Assembly (NCBI GenBank): GCA_965222115.1
Contig: CBDCTJ010000007.1
Coordinates: 2,880,001 to 2,944,000 of the forward strand
Length of the DNA stretch: 64,000 nt
Source of the DNA: Planctomycetota bacterium
Lineage (GTDB): Bacteria > Planctomycetota > PLA2 > JAEUHO01
Direction of reading: 5' to 3'
Below the pieces are notes generated by a model. It was not told the DNA's origin. It saw only the letters and a list, made by a program, of their open reading frames with translations, and did no database searches. This document shows, one piece after another, positions 19,033-29,377 of this stretch. Numbering within the stretch: the stretch's first letter is position 1; the number at the start of each line of letters is the position of its first letter. The position numbers and the translations under genes are program-made.

Positions 19033-20440
19033 CCGCTCGTCGGTGCATTCGACCGAGGGGCGCGTGCAATCGATCCAGAGGATTCTGGTCATCGGTGAGA
19101 ACAAATGCATCCCTGGTGTCGGGCACGAAGGTTTCGTTTCCTAGCCATCCATGTCGGCTGAGCTCGGGTGCTGATGGCACGACTAGCGCTCGCGCCGATG
19201 CGAAGAGATAAATATCTTGTAACTCGTCGGCCACGCCGGATCGACAGGCCATGACGTGCCGAAACACACGCCCGAGTGTTTTCGCCACGCTTTCAATTGC
19301 TTGGTGCGCTGGATGGCCAATCAAGTGAATACAAACGACGCCACTCGGCCTGAGATGGGCAGCAATGTCCTCGAATGCTTCAACCGTCAAGAGATGGCTC
19401 GGCACGGACTCGCCTTGGAACGCATCGAGAATCACAAAGTCGAAGCGATCATCCGTGCGACGTAGTAGTGCTCGTCCGTCGCCGATGGTGACCTCGCCGT
19501 CAAATTGAAGTCGCTCTCGCAAGACCGACACAACGCCTGGATTGATTTCGAAGGACTGTGTTTGAATCCCGTAGCGTTCAAGTGCTTGCGCCATGAGCCC
19601 ACCTCCCAGACCCACCTGCAGTGCTACGGTCCCAAGCGGACGCAGATACGGAAGGAGCTCGACATAGTTTCGCTTCGAGAGCAGGTCGCCGGGACTCGAA
19701 ACCAATGGCGAGAGCGTGGCTTGAGGAATTCCATCGATGGCCATGGTCCAGCCACCGGGACCGTAGGCGTCGAACGTGAGTTGGCCGTAGGGCGTCGCGA
19801 TCCCTTCGCGTTCACGACCTAAACCATATACGCCCAGCGCTGCAACCAGCAAAATGGCGATGATTTCATTGGCGCCTCGATCACCTGAGACAACCCAGAT
19901 GGCACTACAGACAAGCGCGAGGCCCGTGCAAACGCCCCCCATGGCCACGCCAATTGTTGGAGTGAACACAAAGGCAGCCACAAGAGTACCTACGAGGCTA
20001 CCGAATGTCGACCAGGCAATCAATCGACCGATGGACGTAGAAAACTCTTCATCTCGTTTTGTACGTGCGACCGCAACCGGTAGTACAGCACCAAGTAATA
20101 CAATGGGTACACACAATAGAAGCGCCGTGGCCAGTACAGCGCCCAACAAGATAGGTAACGGTTCCAAGGTCTCGATTAACGCCGGACCAAGCACCACCGC
20201 GCCTGCGATCCACACGCCAGCCAACAAGAGAAGGCTACCGAGTCGCTTCCATGAAGCACGTCGGCCCAGTCGCCCACCCACCAATGCACCCAACGCACTC
20301 GAAAGCAAGGTGACGGAGATAATGATGGCCCAGGTCTCGACCGTAAATCCAAAACTTGGCGCCAAGAGACGGCTCGTAAGGATCTCTAGGCTCATGACGC
20401 CCGCGCCGGCAACGAACGCGGCAAGTGAAGATCGTGTCAT
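19016..20440 (-). CDS. Fused membrane domain / spermidine synthase-like SAM-dependent transferase
   Basis: GAGVMSLEILTSRLLAP TM region, then VGLGGG, EINP, GDGR and ILDAF motifs. ATGA overlap with the upstream gene. Confidence 0.85.
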   Translation of the reverse strand: MTRSSLAAFVAGAGVMSLEILTSRLLAPSFGFTVETWAIIISVTLLSSALGALVGGRLGRRASWKRLGSLLLLAGVWIAGAVVLGPALIETLEPLPILLGAVLATALLLCVPIVLLGAVLPVAVARTKRDEEFSTSIGRLIAWSTFGSLVGTLVAAFVFTPTIGVAMGGVCTGLALVCSAIWVVSGDRGANEIIAILLVAALGVYGLGREREGIATPYGQLTFDAYGPGGWTMAIDGIPQATLSPLVSSPGDLLSKRNYVELLPYLRPLGTVALQVGLGGGLMAQALERYGIQTQSFEINPGVVSVLRERLQFDGEVTIGDGRALLRRTDDRFDFVILDAFQGESVPSHLLTVEAFEDIAAHLRPSGVVCIHLIGHPAHQAIESVAKTLGRVFRHVMACRSGVADELQDIYLFASARALVVPSAPELSRHGWLGNETFVPDTRDAFVLTDDQNPLDRLHAPLGRMHRRAAMRSR

Positions 20441-21447
20441 CGCTTCAGCGTGATTTGAGTGAGCCTCTGATGGCCTCGAAACGCTTCTTCGCTCCATGCC
20501 AAGACATCTGCCAATGGGACCTCGGCCCACGTAACGCCACCACGACTGTTCTTTGCGTAGTAGGGCATTTTCACCGTGGCCACCGAGCCGGGCCAACGCT
20601 TCTTGAGTGCCTTCACGAAAGCGTCGCGCGATGCAGCACTCGCGAATATGCGCTGGATTTCAACGCCCGTGGGCGGTACGGGACCAAACTGATCAAGTCC
20701 CTCCAACTTCACACCATGTTTCGTAGCGACGTCGCGCAGCCAACGGACGATATTCAACTCCGTGGATCGTCGAAACGTGTCTACTACGGATGCATTCGGA
20801 AATGCCTTGGTGATTGCCTTCCGCTCGGCGTCCGAGGTCTTGGGTACGGCGTGCATCGCTTTGAACGCCGAAAAAATTACCGGGGCGGCCTTCCTCGTTC
20901 CTTGGATCTTGTCACCTGCGGGTGATTTTCGAATGCGCCAGGGTGACCATTCGGTACGAAACACAGGCGCCCATGCCTTCAGCCATGCTTCCGATACGTG
21001 CTCGACCGATAGCACGATCGGATTGTTCATGGTGAGATCCCTTTGACCAGGGCTCGACGTAACGGCACCTCGAATGCGAATCAGTGTGCGCGGTAGCTTG
21101 GGCAGTGACTTTTCAAAAGGCGCTTCCAGTGTGTAGTTCCAGAACACATACGAACTCGTAGCCGGCGCCAGAAACGGCGTGACGTCAATCCCCTTTGGAA
21201 ATCGAACGACGTGCGCGGGCATCGCGATGACGCCCATCGAAACCACGGGCCAGCCGATCTGTATTCGCCCTTGATCGTCCTTCCAGAGGTAGCCTTCCCA
21301 CACGCGCTCATTGGCGGCCACGGCGCGCTTCTTAGCCGGGTTCTTCTTGGCGTCTGAAACACCAGTAGACTCTTCCGCGAACGACGAAGAGACGGCGCCA
21401 CAGCCAAACACTGTAATGAGCACCACAATCCAGCTCACGTTGCGCAT
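20437..21447 (-). CDS. Hypothetical secreted protein
   Basis: GGGAGG RBS before ATG 21447; signal peptide MRNVSWIVVLITVFGCGAVSSSFA. Confidence 0.7.
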   Translation of the reverse strand: MRNVSWIVVLITVFGCGAVSSSFAEESTGVSDAKKNPAKKRAVAANERVWEGYLWKDDQGRIQIGWPVVSMGVIAMPAHVVRFPKGIDVTPFLAPATSSYVFWNYTLEAPFEKSLPKLPRTLIRIRGAVTSSPGQRDLTMNNPIVLSVEHVSEAWLKAWAPVFRTEWSPWRIRKSPAGDKIQGTRKAAPVIFSAFKAMHAVPKTSDAERKAITKAFPNASVVDTFRRSTELNIVRWLRDVATKHGVKLEGLDQFGPVPPTGVEIQRIFASAASRDAFVKALKKRWPGSVATVKMPYYAKNSRGGVTWAEVPLADVLAWSEEAFRGHQRLTQITLKR

Positions 21448-21762
21448 TCTCGCCTCCCTAGCGGCTCGCTTTCGCTTCGTTCCTGCCTCGCGACGTACGC
21501 GTCGTGCGTACGATCGCTTCGTCGTGTATGCTACGCGCTCCGCGAGGGCCCGTTCTGACCGCCATGACCATCTCTTGGAGTCGGGCATAAATCGTGTGTC
21601 TTCCCTACGTCTTGAAACGCTTCGTGTTTGAATCGTCGCGTCAATCACCGTGACTTGGGAGCTGCATTGCAGTGCGAGTGTTCTTGACAACGCCCAGCAC
21701 GTCACATGGCGGCGCGAACGTAGCGGTGTCAGGCCCCTGCGGTCAACGTAGCGAGTCGATGG

Positions 21763-22164
21763 TCACGAAGAGGGTGAAGAGCCGCCCGGTTCCGCTTCTC
21801 GCACCGCTCTCAATAGCCGCTCCAAGATCATCTTCCTCTCGAGCAGCGCCGCCTCGTCTCGATCTTGAATTGCGAACGCACGGCTACTTGAATCTTCACC
21901 CCTCATGATCTCGTGCAGCCTTTCCATGAGGGCTATCTCCTTGCGCCTAAATTCAATAGCCCAATGAACGTTGCCTCGCAGTTCATGAAGTAGTGCATGC
22001 CCCTCCATCTTGAGGATGCCCTCATTTGAATGGACGACTTCTTCGTGAGCCAACAATAGGCTCAACGTCTCCAACAATTCCGTGGCCACCTCGCACCCTC
22101 TCCCCGAAACCAAGTCTTGATGCAATCGTCTACAGAGACGACTCAGTTCGATCCAAGGTCGCAA
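21763..22164 (-). CDS. Hypothetical alpha-helical protein
   Basis: 133-aa ORF with AGGAG upstream and a helical, TPR-like pattern. Sequence looks more AT-rich than its neighbours. Confidence 0.5.
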   Translation of the reverse strand: MRPWIELSRLCRRLHQDLVSGRGCEVATELLETLSLLLAHEEVVHSNEGILKMEGHALLHELRGNVHWAIEFRRKEIALMERLHEIMRGEDSSSRAFAIQDRDEAALLERKMILERLLRAVREAEPGGSSPSS

Positions 22165-22296
22165 CGTTCGACTCCTAAACGAATCCCGGTTGAAGTCCCG
22201 CGCTCTAACGTATCAGATTTAGTCGCAGCCCAGAGTCTCTGAACTTCTTCGAGAAACCAGACTCTTCTCACCCATTTTGTGACAGCGCCACACTCC

Positions 22297-22544
22297 TCGG
22301 TTGCGCTTGGTGATCTGGGCGCTCTTCGTGTGAGTCTCTTTTGAATCCTAGAGACTCTGCTTGAAGACAGCTGCGCCCAAGGAATCCAGCGCAGTTTAGG
22401 CTTCGGGTCAGGATAATGATTCAGCTTCAGAAGAGGACAAGGGAAAGGAAAAGGGAAGAAATACCGCTTGACCTGACAAGTACTCCCCATCATCGGTTGC
22501 GCTTGGTGAACTTGGCGCCCTTGGTGAGATCCTCTTTATCCAAG
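22297..22544. repeat. Dispersed repeat family B, two direct copies (22297-22342 and 22493-22544)
   Basis: TCGGTTGCGCTTGGTGA occurs twice, 196 bp apart, each followed by a similar ...GGCGCYCTT.GTG.GA tail. Confidence 0.75.
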
Positions 22545-22633
22545 AATCGTCCCACCACTAGCCCCGAACGCGCCAACGAAACGGCTACTCCCGGCGCCTG
22601 CGCTTGTTGAACCCAACGCCCCTGCCTTACCCC

Positions 22634-23569
22634 CTACAACGTAATGTAATTTTTAAATTCCGACACCCGCGCGTCAATCTGCCCACGTCCAAGCGCGGCG
22701 AGTTGATCCAAGCTAAAGTCCGAAACCGTGAAACTCGCCACGCACGTGCCATAGAGCATGGCTTCGCAGACGTCAGCAATCGCAAGCGATCCGTCGGATG
22801 CCGCGTCGTTGCCAGCGAGGAAGCCCATAAGACCGCCGGCGAACGAGTCTCCGGCGCCTGTTGGATCCACAATGGTATCGAGCGGAAATGCAGGGAGGGC
22901 AAACAAGCGCTCATGCGACACAAGGATCGAACCGTGTTCACCGCGCTTGATGACAACGAAGCGTTTGGGCCCGTGTTCGATCAACCATTTGCCCGCCGCA
23001 ATCAGATTGTCGCTTTTGGCCAACATCTTCGCTTCGGCGTCGTTCAAGATGACGCCGTCCACGCGCTTCATTGCTTCGAGCAAGGGCTCTTGTGCAATGT
23101 CGATCCAGAGGTTCATTGTGTCGAGGACAACAAGCGAGGGCGAGTCCAACTGGTCGATGACCGCGTGTTGAATCTTGGGGTCGGTGTTGGCCAAGAACAC
23201 ATACGGCGATGCGGATAATGTGGGCGGCAGCTTCGGTTGAAACGTCTCAAGCACATTGAGGTCGGTCTGAAGTGTTTCGGCTTGGTCCATGGCGCCCTCA
23301 TAGCGCCCGGCCCAATGGAACGTCTTGCCCTCTTCGCTGACTTCCAGCCCGTCCAGACCCACGCCGTGATCGGTTAACACGGATCGAAACGAATCGGGAA
23401 AATCTTTACCCACCACCCCCACCACACCAACGTCGGTGAAGTAGCTTGATGCAATGCTGAAGTAGGTAGCGCTACCGCCTAGGAGATCCGTGCGCTTCCC
23501 CGCGGGTGTTTCCACATCGTCAAAGGCAAGGGTTCCAACAACGCAGAGGGTCGTGGGCTCGCTACTCAT
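22634..23569 (-). CDS. PfkB family sugar/nucleoside kinase
   Basis: GGSATY, NDAEA, IKRGEHGS, DPTGAGDSFAGG. Confidence 0.93.
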   Translation of the reverse strand: MSSEPTTLCVVGTLAFDDVETPAGKRTDLLGGSATYFSIASSYFTDVGVVGVVGKDFPDSFRSVLTDHGVGLDGLEVSEEGKTFHWAGRYEGAMDQAETLQTDLNVLETFQPKLPPTLSASPYVFLANTDPKIQHAVIDQLDSPSLVVLDTMNLWIDIAQEPLLEAMKRVDGVILNDAEAKMLAKSDNLIAAGKWLIEHGPKRFVVIKRGEHGSILVSHERLFALPAFPLDTIVDPTGAGDSFAGGLMGFLAGNDAASDGSLAIADVCEAMLYGTCVASFTVSDFSLDQLAALGRGQIDARVSEFKNYITL

Positions 23570-23606
23570 TTCGCTTCGTTGCTCCAAGGGGGTTGCGCGA
23601 GCGGTT

Positions 23607-24791
23607 CTAGGCCGCGGGCGCGATCGGTCGCTGCTTCAGCCCCAGCCAAAGCACACCGCCCGGGAGGCTAGAGGCCAGTACAGCTAAGCGATATACCACA
23701 CTCAGGCTTACCGCTTCGGTCGCGGGCACACCGACCAAGCCAAAGAAGTAGGCAAACGCCGCTTCCCCGACCCCCCAACCCCCGGGCAGGAGTGGAATGG
23801 CACTCACCAGATTGGCCAATGGCACCAGGAGGATTGCTCGCGACAGGGTGACGCCTTCGGTTCCGAGTGCACCGGCAAGAATCCACACTGCAATCGCTAG
23901 TCCGGCGTGATTGACCACCGAGATAAGCAGTCCCCCGCCAAGCGTACCGGGTCGTGCTCCATAGAGGCGGCCACATTCACTCGCTTCGCTTAGCACGCTT
24001 TGAAAGGGCAACTTGGCGAACAAGCGACGCAGACCAAGCACACGTCGAAGGCGGGGAGAAAACACGACAGCCGCCGCGAGTAGGGCGCCCAGTAAGAGCA
24101 AGAGCACGGTGACTCGAAGCAGACCTACGCGCGAGTCGTGGGGATATACAACGAGCACTACCGCGGCGAGCACGATCAGGCCCAATATGCCAAGGGCCCG
24201 GTCGCCAAACACACTCAATACGGAACGCGTGGGTGCGCCTGTGGCGCGCGAGGCAAGTATCGCCTTTACCACGTCGCCCCCTGTGCTGCCGGGGAAGGCT
24301 AGATTGAAGAAGGAACCGATCCACGTGAGTTTGATCGTGTGGAGCCGACTCAAACCAATGCGCGCAGCGTGCAAGAGCGCGTGCCAACGCCACGCAGTGA
24401 GCACAATGAGTCCCATGAGGCCCAACAGCACAAACATGACCGTAGGCCAAGACTTGATGAGTCGACGTCCCAGGGAACGCAGCCCGTATTGAACGCGAGT
24501 CGCATTGCTTTGCGAGGGCTTGTCTTGAGTGAAGATCGTGTAGTCACGCGAAACACCTTCACGCGATCGTATGCGCACTGTGTTGCCTTCGACGGCCTCC
24601 ACGATGCCAACGACATTCGTTTGTTCATCAACGGCAACGCGATCCCACCAATGCACATGACCTGCGAGGACCCAGACGACGACGCCAAGGCCAAGCAGTC
24701 GTAACGCCAGACCAAGCCATGAAATCTTGGGTGCAGCGACACTCAGTTCACTGCCCTGCTCCGCTTGCGACGAATCGCTACCCGGCGCCAA
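23607..24791 (-). CDS. UPF0104 / lysylphosphatidylglycerol synthase TM-region flippase-like protein
   Basis: WRWHALL, FFNLAFPGSTGGDVVK, DRALG, PLLPGGWGVGE. Confidence 0.88.
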   Translation of the reverse strand: MAPGSDSSQAEQGSELSVAAPKISWLGLALRLLGLGVVVWVLAGHVHWWDRVAVDEQTNVVGIVEAVEGNTVRIRSREGVSRDYTIFTQDKPSQSNATRVQYGLRSLGRRLIKSWPTVMFVLLGLMGLIVLTAWRWHALLHAARIGLSRLHTIKLTWIGSFFNLAFPGSTGGDVVKAILASRATGAPTRSVLSVFGDRALGILGLIVLAAVVLVVYPHDSRVGLLRVTVLLLLLGALLAAAVVFSPRLRRVLGLRRLFAKLPFQSVLSEASECGRLYGARPGTLGGGLLISVVNHAGLAIAVWILAGALGTEGVTLSRAILLVPLANLVSAIPLLPGGWGVGEAAFAYFFGLVGVPATEAVSLSVVYRLAVLASSLPGGVLWLGLKQRPIAPAA

Positions 24792-24802
24792 TGAGCCGCG
24801 TC

Positions 24803-26497
24803 CTAATTGCCTGGGGGATCAAGGGGTGGCAGGGGTGGCGGCAACACGGTGGCCGATGGGGCACCGTCGGAGCGTGGTTGCGGCGGTAGTAAGGGCGGTA
24901 ACGAAGACGGAGCGGCGCTTGGTGTACTGGTAGCTGGATTTGGAATCGCGCGCGGGGGAAGCGGCGTTACTGGTGCGGGGACGGGTGTTGTCGCACGAGG
25001 TCCCATTGGTAAAGCAGGTGAGTTCGGTGCGCGAGGAAGAGGCGTCCCGCCCGGCGGGTGCGGCGTGAAAGGTGCCACAGGTATCAAACCGGGAGGTGCG
25101 CCGTAGCTTCGAGGCGGAATTGCGCTTGGTGAACTCGCTGAAGGAGCACTCACGACACCCGAAGAAGCACGAGGGGGAATAGGTGCACCTCGCTCGGAAA
25201 CTGGCGATCCACCGGGAGGAGGCACAGGGCTTCCAGGTCCCATAGCACCGGGATCATCAAGTGTGGGCAGCGGTGGTTGACGATCCGCGATTGGAGGGCC
25301 GCGTCCAGGTGCGGGCGGCACGGGCGTCTCTAGCGGTGGAAGTGGCTCGTCATTGGAACCACCGGGACCTTCAACCGGCGCGGGCGGACCCGGCGGGCGG
25401 TCGTCGCGTTCGGGCTGATCGTCTTCACGAGCCCGCTCGTCGTCATCTTCACGCTCTTCACCGTCGTCGATAAGGCTCTCGGCAAGTTGTGGATACCGCG
25501 CCGAAGCCCAGCGTGCCCACGTTGCGCGCCGCCTCCCATAGTCTCGGCCCGCAATGCGTGTCAATGCCTGCCGTGACTTGTGGCGAAGTGTGGGATCCTC
25601 GTCGTCGAGAATCGGAAGTAGCGCCGCGACACCCTCAGCCGTACCCATCTTACCTAGGTACTCAACCGCCTCGGCCCGCACTTGCCAATCGTGCTCAACT
25701 TCCATGCGCGCGAGTACTGCTTCCATGGCCGATTCGTCACCAAGCAGTTTGATGCCGAGCACCGATTCGCGGCGCACGTGATCGGACGGCGCCTCCAATG
25801 CCTCTTGCAACGAGAGCTCAATCGAGCGCCGCATGCGTTTAACAAGGGCCGTGTCGATAGCGCGTCTCAGCTCCGGATCTTTCGCATCAATAAGAAAGTC
25901 ACGCGTAGCGAACGGGCGCAACGCATCGCGCGCGAGCTTGGCACGCTTGATGTCGGCGTCGCCAATGGTTGTAACAATCTGCGTCGTCCGCTGTACGGAA
26001 GTGGCATCACGCGGCGCGCCGTTCTCGTCGTGCAGGCCATCCATTTCTCGCACGAGGGCAAGAAACGTATCGCCGCGTTCTTCGGTTCCGGTCGCAGGCG
26101 CGTCATAGGGAGGCATTTTGAGCGCGAGTTTGGTCAACGTATTCGCTGCGTGTGTCTGGGCCATCGCCGAGGGGTCGTCGGCCATAACTTCACCGAGCAA
26201 CACCACCACTTGCGCCTGACCCTCAAGTCGGCTGTATTGCACGTCGCCGAGTTTCTGAATCGCATCGACGACTTTGTCCACCAGGAAGGGATCTTGGGTG
26301 GAAAGGTAAGCCCCGCGCTCGCGACGGGTATCGTGATTGTTCTTCACGAGCGTGTAGTAGTAGTCCGGATCGCGATCCTGAGCGAGCACGTCGTAGATCA
26401 ACGTGTCGGTGAAACTACCGCCGCCAAGCTTTTTGGAGCGGGTGCTGCAACCAGACGCAACAAGCAAGGTCAAACACGAAACCACGAGAACGCGCAC
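24803..26497 (-). CDS. HEAT-repeat lipoprotein with long Pro-rich C-terminal tail
   Basis: GGAG before GTG 26497; lipobox LVASG-C; HEAT repeats (WQVRAEAVEYLG, DEDPTLRHKSRQAL); acidic then Pro-rich tail. Confidence 0.8.
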   Translation of the reverse strand: MRVLVVSCLTLLVASGCSTRSKKLGGGSFTDTLIYDVLAQDRDPDYYYTLVKNNHDTRRERGAYLSTQDPFLVDKVVDAIQKLGDVQYSRLEGQAQVVVLLGEVMADDPSAMAQTHAANTLTKLALKMPPYDAPATGTEERGDTFLALVREMDGLHDENGAPRDATSVQRTTQIVTTIGDADIKRAKLARDALRPFATRDFLIDAKDPELRRAIDTALVKRMRRSIELSLQEALEAPSDHVRRESVLGIKLLGDESAMEAVLARMEVEHDWQVRAEAVEYLGKMGTAEGVAALLPILDDEDPTLRHKSRQALTRIAGRDYGRRRATWARWASARYPQLAESLIDDGEEREDDDERAREDDQPERDDRPPGPPAPVEGPGGSNDEPLPPLETPVPPAPGRGPPIADRQPPLPTLDDPGAMGPGSPVPPPGGSPVSERGAPIPPRASSGVVSAPSASSPSAIPPRSYGAPPGLIPVAPFTPHPPGGTPLPRAPNSPALPMGPRATTPVPAPVTPLPPRAIPNPATSTPSAAPSSLPPLLPPQPRSDGAPSATVLPPPLPPLDPPGN

Positions 26498-26792
26498 GAC
26501 ACACTCCGCACCACGTCGCCGTGCGACCCGCCGGGGCCACACCGCGCGAACCTGGGACTGGCAGGATGGACAACCGTCCAGACGCGCCAAGATACCCGCC
26601 CCCCGGCCGAATCTTCGGGTTCGAATTTTGGCGTCCGCCCCCGCAGACTTCCGCTCCACGGCTGTGACAGGAGCGAGACAATAGAAATTTCGAAAGAACT
26701 GAGCCCCCACGCTGAAATCGTCGATTCAATAGAGGCTGGTGCTCGGGCGTTGACGGCAGATCCTCGGTATGCACAGTGACTAGGTAGGCCCT

Positions 26793-28670
26793 ATGCTCTA
26801 TCGCACACGCCATGCGCTTCTGGTTGCGCTCATTCTCGCCATGACTTCTGGCTGCGGCGGCTCGGGTTCAAGTTCGCCCCCAGCACCCCCCGCGCCAACA
26901 GCTCTGAGCCTTGCGCCGCTTGTCTCGGGTACAGAAGCAAGCAGTCATTCGCTCTCGTTTCCGACGCCTGGCTTTGACGGCCACAGTGTCGTTGCCGCCC
27001 AGGTGACCGGTCCTCTCGCATTGGCAGCCAGCCAATTCCCGGTTCCGGTGAGTGCGGATGCCGCGAGCCTTACGGTCACGTCCACTCCCGTTGCACCGGG
27101 CCGCCTTGAAGGCGTCGTCACCTTGACCCTTGAACGAGCCGGTACGCAGGCAAGCCGCGTCTACGTGGTCTCCACGCGCGTGGAAGTGCCGGATGCGCGC
27201 CTCGCCGAATCGACGTTGGATTTCGGCGCGGTCGGCACCGGCGAAACCGCTCGCAGAACCGCAACTGTTTTCAACGACAGCGAAGTCTCAACGCTAACGC
27301 TCAGCACCTTCTCGATCGAACACAGCGCGCTTTCGCTGGTGTCCCCCACGCTGCCTGCCCGCGTAGATCCCGGCGAACGTCTCGCACTTGAATTCGAGCT
27401 TGCGCCCCAAGCGCAAACCGTGCTGAATGAGACCGTGCAACTCGACGTGGGACTTTCATCATCCCTTCTCCTTTCGTTGCAAAGCACATCCACACTCGGT
27501 GGCAGCGAGCAAGTGGTTGAATACGGTGTGCAAACGATTGGCAGCGACGGCAACACAGCCGAACTCACGGTAGATGTTCCCGCCGATGCGATTTCACTCA
27601 CGTTCGAAGCCGAAGGCAGTCCGTCGGACCGCATGGGCCTGGGCTTTCTCGTTGGCCCCGGGAATCGTGTTTACGAGAACCTCATTCTCACAGGCGCCTA
27701 CATATGGCAGCAGCAGTTTGAGCACTTCTCTACAACGGTGCCCAACACCGATCGCAGTGCCACACAGCTTGTGTCCGGCGGTGGCACGTATCGTTTTCGA
27801 CTTCGCAAACTCTCCGGTCCTTCAAGTGCGCTGACGGTGCGCGTGCGCATTGAACGGCGCGATGATGTAGTGCTTGTACCCAACGTATTGCCGCTCAATG
27901 TGTGGATGGCGCCGGGGCTTTCGGTAAACGCGGCGGGCGCCGCCACCGACACCCGCATGCAGGCAATCCTTGCGCGCGTTGACGCCATCCTGGCAGTAAA
28001 GAACATACGGCTTGGTGACATCGACTATTACAACCTCACCAACAGCGCTCACAACGTCATTGATTCCTCGGCAGAGCTTCAGTCCATTGCCCGGCTCTCA
28101 AGTAGCGCTCAGGAAGACCGCCTCAATCTCGTGTTTGCGGAGACTGTCCTCGGCGGCGGCGTAGTGGGCGTTGCGCTGCGTGTCGCAGGTCCGAAGAAGA
28201 AGGGCAGTCCGTTTGCAGCCGTCGCATCGATCTACGAAGGCAGTACCGCCAACTTTATTGGCCTTGTTGCGGCACATGAACTGGGACATTTCCTTGGTCT
28301 CTTTCACACCACCGAGCAAAATGGATCCCACGACTTCATCGACGACACGCCGGAGTGTCCTGCGAGTGGTGCCGGCGGTCCTTGCAGTACGCCCGGCGGT
28401 GGCATGCTAATGCACTGGCAGGCGGTCGGGGGAACGACGATCACAGATGGGCAGGCGTTGGTGCTTCGCGGTCACCCCTACATTGAAGCGGGCACGAATA
28501 CCGCCGAGCGACAGGCACTACGCAAAGCCTCGACCCGAAGTCGTTCTACTGCCCTCATTCCCTGGGGATCGGTGGACGATGCTGCGGCAGCGCTGGCCGG
28601 TGATTGCTGGTGCGGGTCGTGTCGTTCAGCTCGGGGGAAACGCGCGAGATCGCCCGCGGACGCCAAGTAG
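26793..28670 (+). CDS. Lipoprotein zinc metalloprotease (metzincin, M43-like) with Ig-like domains
   Basis: Lipobox MTSG-C, LDFGAVGTG Ig-like domain, AHELGHFLGLFH and Met-turn LMHW. Confidence 0.82.
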   Translation: MLYRTRHALLVALILAMTSGCGGSGSSSPPAPPAPTALSLAPLVSGTEASSHSLSFPTPGFDGHSVVAAQVTGPLALAASQFPVPVSADAASLTVTSTPVAPGRLEGVVTLTLERAGTQASRVYVVSTRVEVPDARLAESTLDFGAVGTGETARRTATVFNDSEVSTLTLSTFSIEHSALSLVSPTLPARVDPGERLALEFELAPQAQTVLNETVQLDVGLSSSLLLSLQSTSTLGGSEQVVEYGVQTIGSDGNTAELTVDVPADAISLTFEAEGSPSDRMGLGFLVGPGNRVYENLILTGAYIWQQQFEHFSTTVPNTDRSATQLVSGGGTYRFRLRKLSGPSSALTVRVRIERRDDVVLVPNVLPLNVWMAPGLSVNAAGAATDTRMQAILARVDAILAVKNIRLGDIDYYNLTNSAHNVIDSSAELQSIARLSSSAQEDRLNLVFAETVLGGGVVGVALRVAGPKKKGSPFAAVASIYEGSTANFIGLVAAHELGHFLGLFHTTEQNGSHDFIDDTPECPASGAGGPCSTPGGGMLMHWQAVGGTTITDGQALVLRGHPYIEAGTNTAERQALRKASTRSRSTALIPWGSVDDAAAALAGDCWCGSCRSARGKRARSPADAK

Positions 28671-28721
28671 CACGTTTTCGGTCCGCCGGAAGACGCGCTT
28701 CGGGTAGCCTTCGGTCCCCGT

Positions 28722-28809
28722 GCCGAAGTGGCGGAATTGGCAGACGCGCTAGGTTCAGGACCTAGTGGGCTTTATGCCCTTGTGGGTTCGAGTCCCACCT
28801 TCGGCACCA
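28722..28809 (+). tRNA. tRNA-Leu (anticodon CAG)
   Basis: GCCGAAG acceptor pairs with CTTCGGC-ACCA; D loop GGAATTGGCAGAC; anticodon arm CTAGG-TTCAGGA-CCTAG; long variable arm; GGTTCGAGTCC T loop. Confidence 0.97.
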
Positions 28810-28892
28810 ATCCATCGTCCGCGCCCGTGCTTCTCCGATGAACGCCAGGTTGGACGCACGCAACTTGCCGATCCTGCCCGGAGGACATTTCC

Positions 28893-29246
28893 ATGCTTAC
28901 CTATGATCCCCAAGCCGTCGCCGAATACGCCAACGACCTAGACGGCAAAGCCGACTGGGCTCGACTCCGATTCGGCCTAATCTACGCGTTCTTTGGTGCG
29001 GTCCTTTCATTGATGGTCATGCCAGCTCTGAACGAAATGTTTGCGGACTCGGGCATTGGCATGCTGCGACACTGGACCATGGGTAAGTGGAGCGTCCTTG
29101 GTTGCACCCTCGCTGGATTCATTTTGGGATGGGACGCTGGCGCATCGCGCGCCTCTTCGCTGCGACTCGAAGCACAGAATGTGCTCTGCCAAGTTGAAAT
29201 CGAGCGCAACACGGCGGGCGCGCCGGTTGCAGGTGAGAGCGCCTAG
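28893..29246 (+). CDS. Small two-TM hypothetical membrane protein
   Basis: GGAGG RBS, two hydrophobic segments, C-terminal LEAQNVLCQVEIERNT. Confidence 0.75.
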   Translation: MLTYDPQAVAEYANDLDGKADWARLRFGLIYAFFGAVLSLMVMPALNEMFADSGIGMLRHWTMGKWSVLGCTLAGFILGWDAGASRASSLRLEAQNVLCQVEIERNTAGAPVAGESA

Positions 29247-29377
29247 CCCAAGTCGCAATTTGCGGGGGGCGCGTTTCACGATCGACGCGCCACTCAACCG
29301 TCCCACGACGTGACAGTTCCACTACGCCTCGAATAAGCCTCGCCACCGAACACTGATGGCGTGAGCGGACAATTGCA

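Noticed and set aside
25682-26779. Long antisense or alternate-frame ORFs, also 911-1792 and 51862-52821
   Set aside because: They overlap well-supported genes, lack motifs, and are expected in GC-rich DNA.
28722-29377. tRNA-Leu as integration site of an island
   Set aside because: No integrase and no duplicated tRNA 3' end seen; the housekeeping gene hrpA follows.
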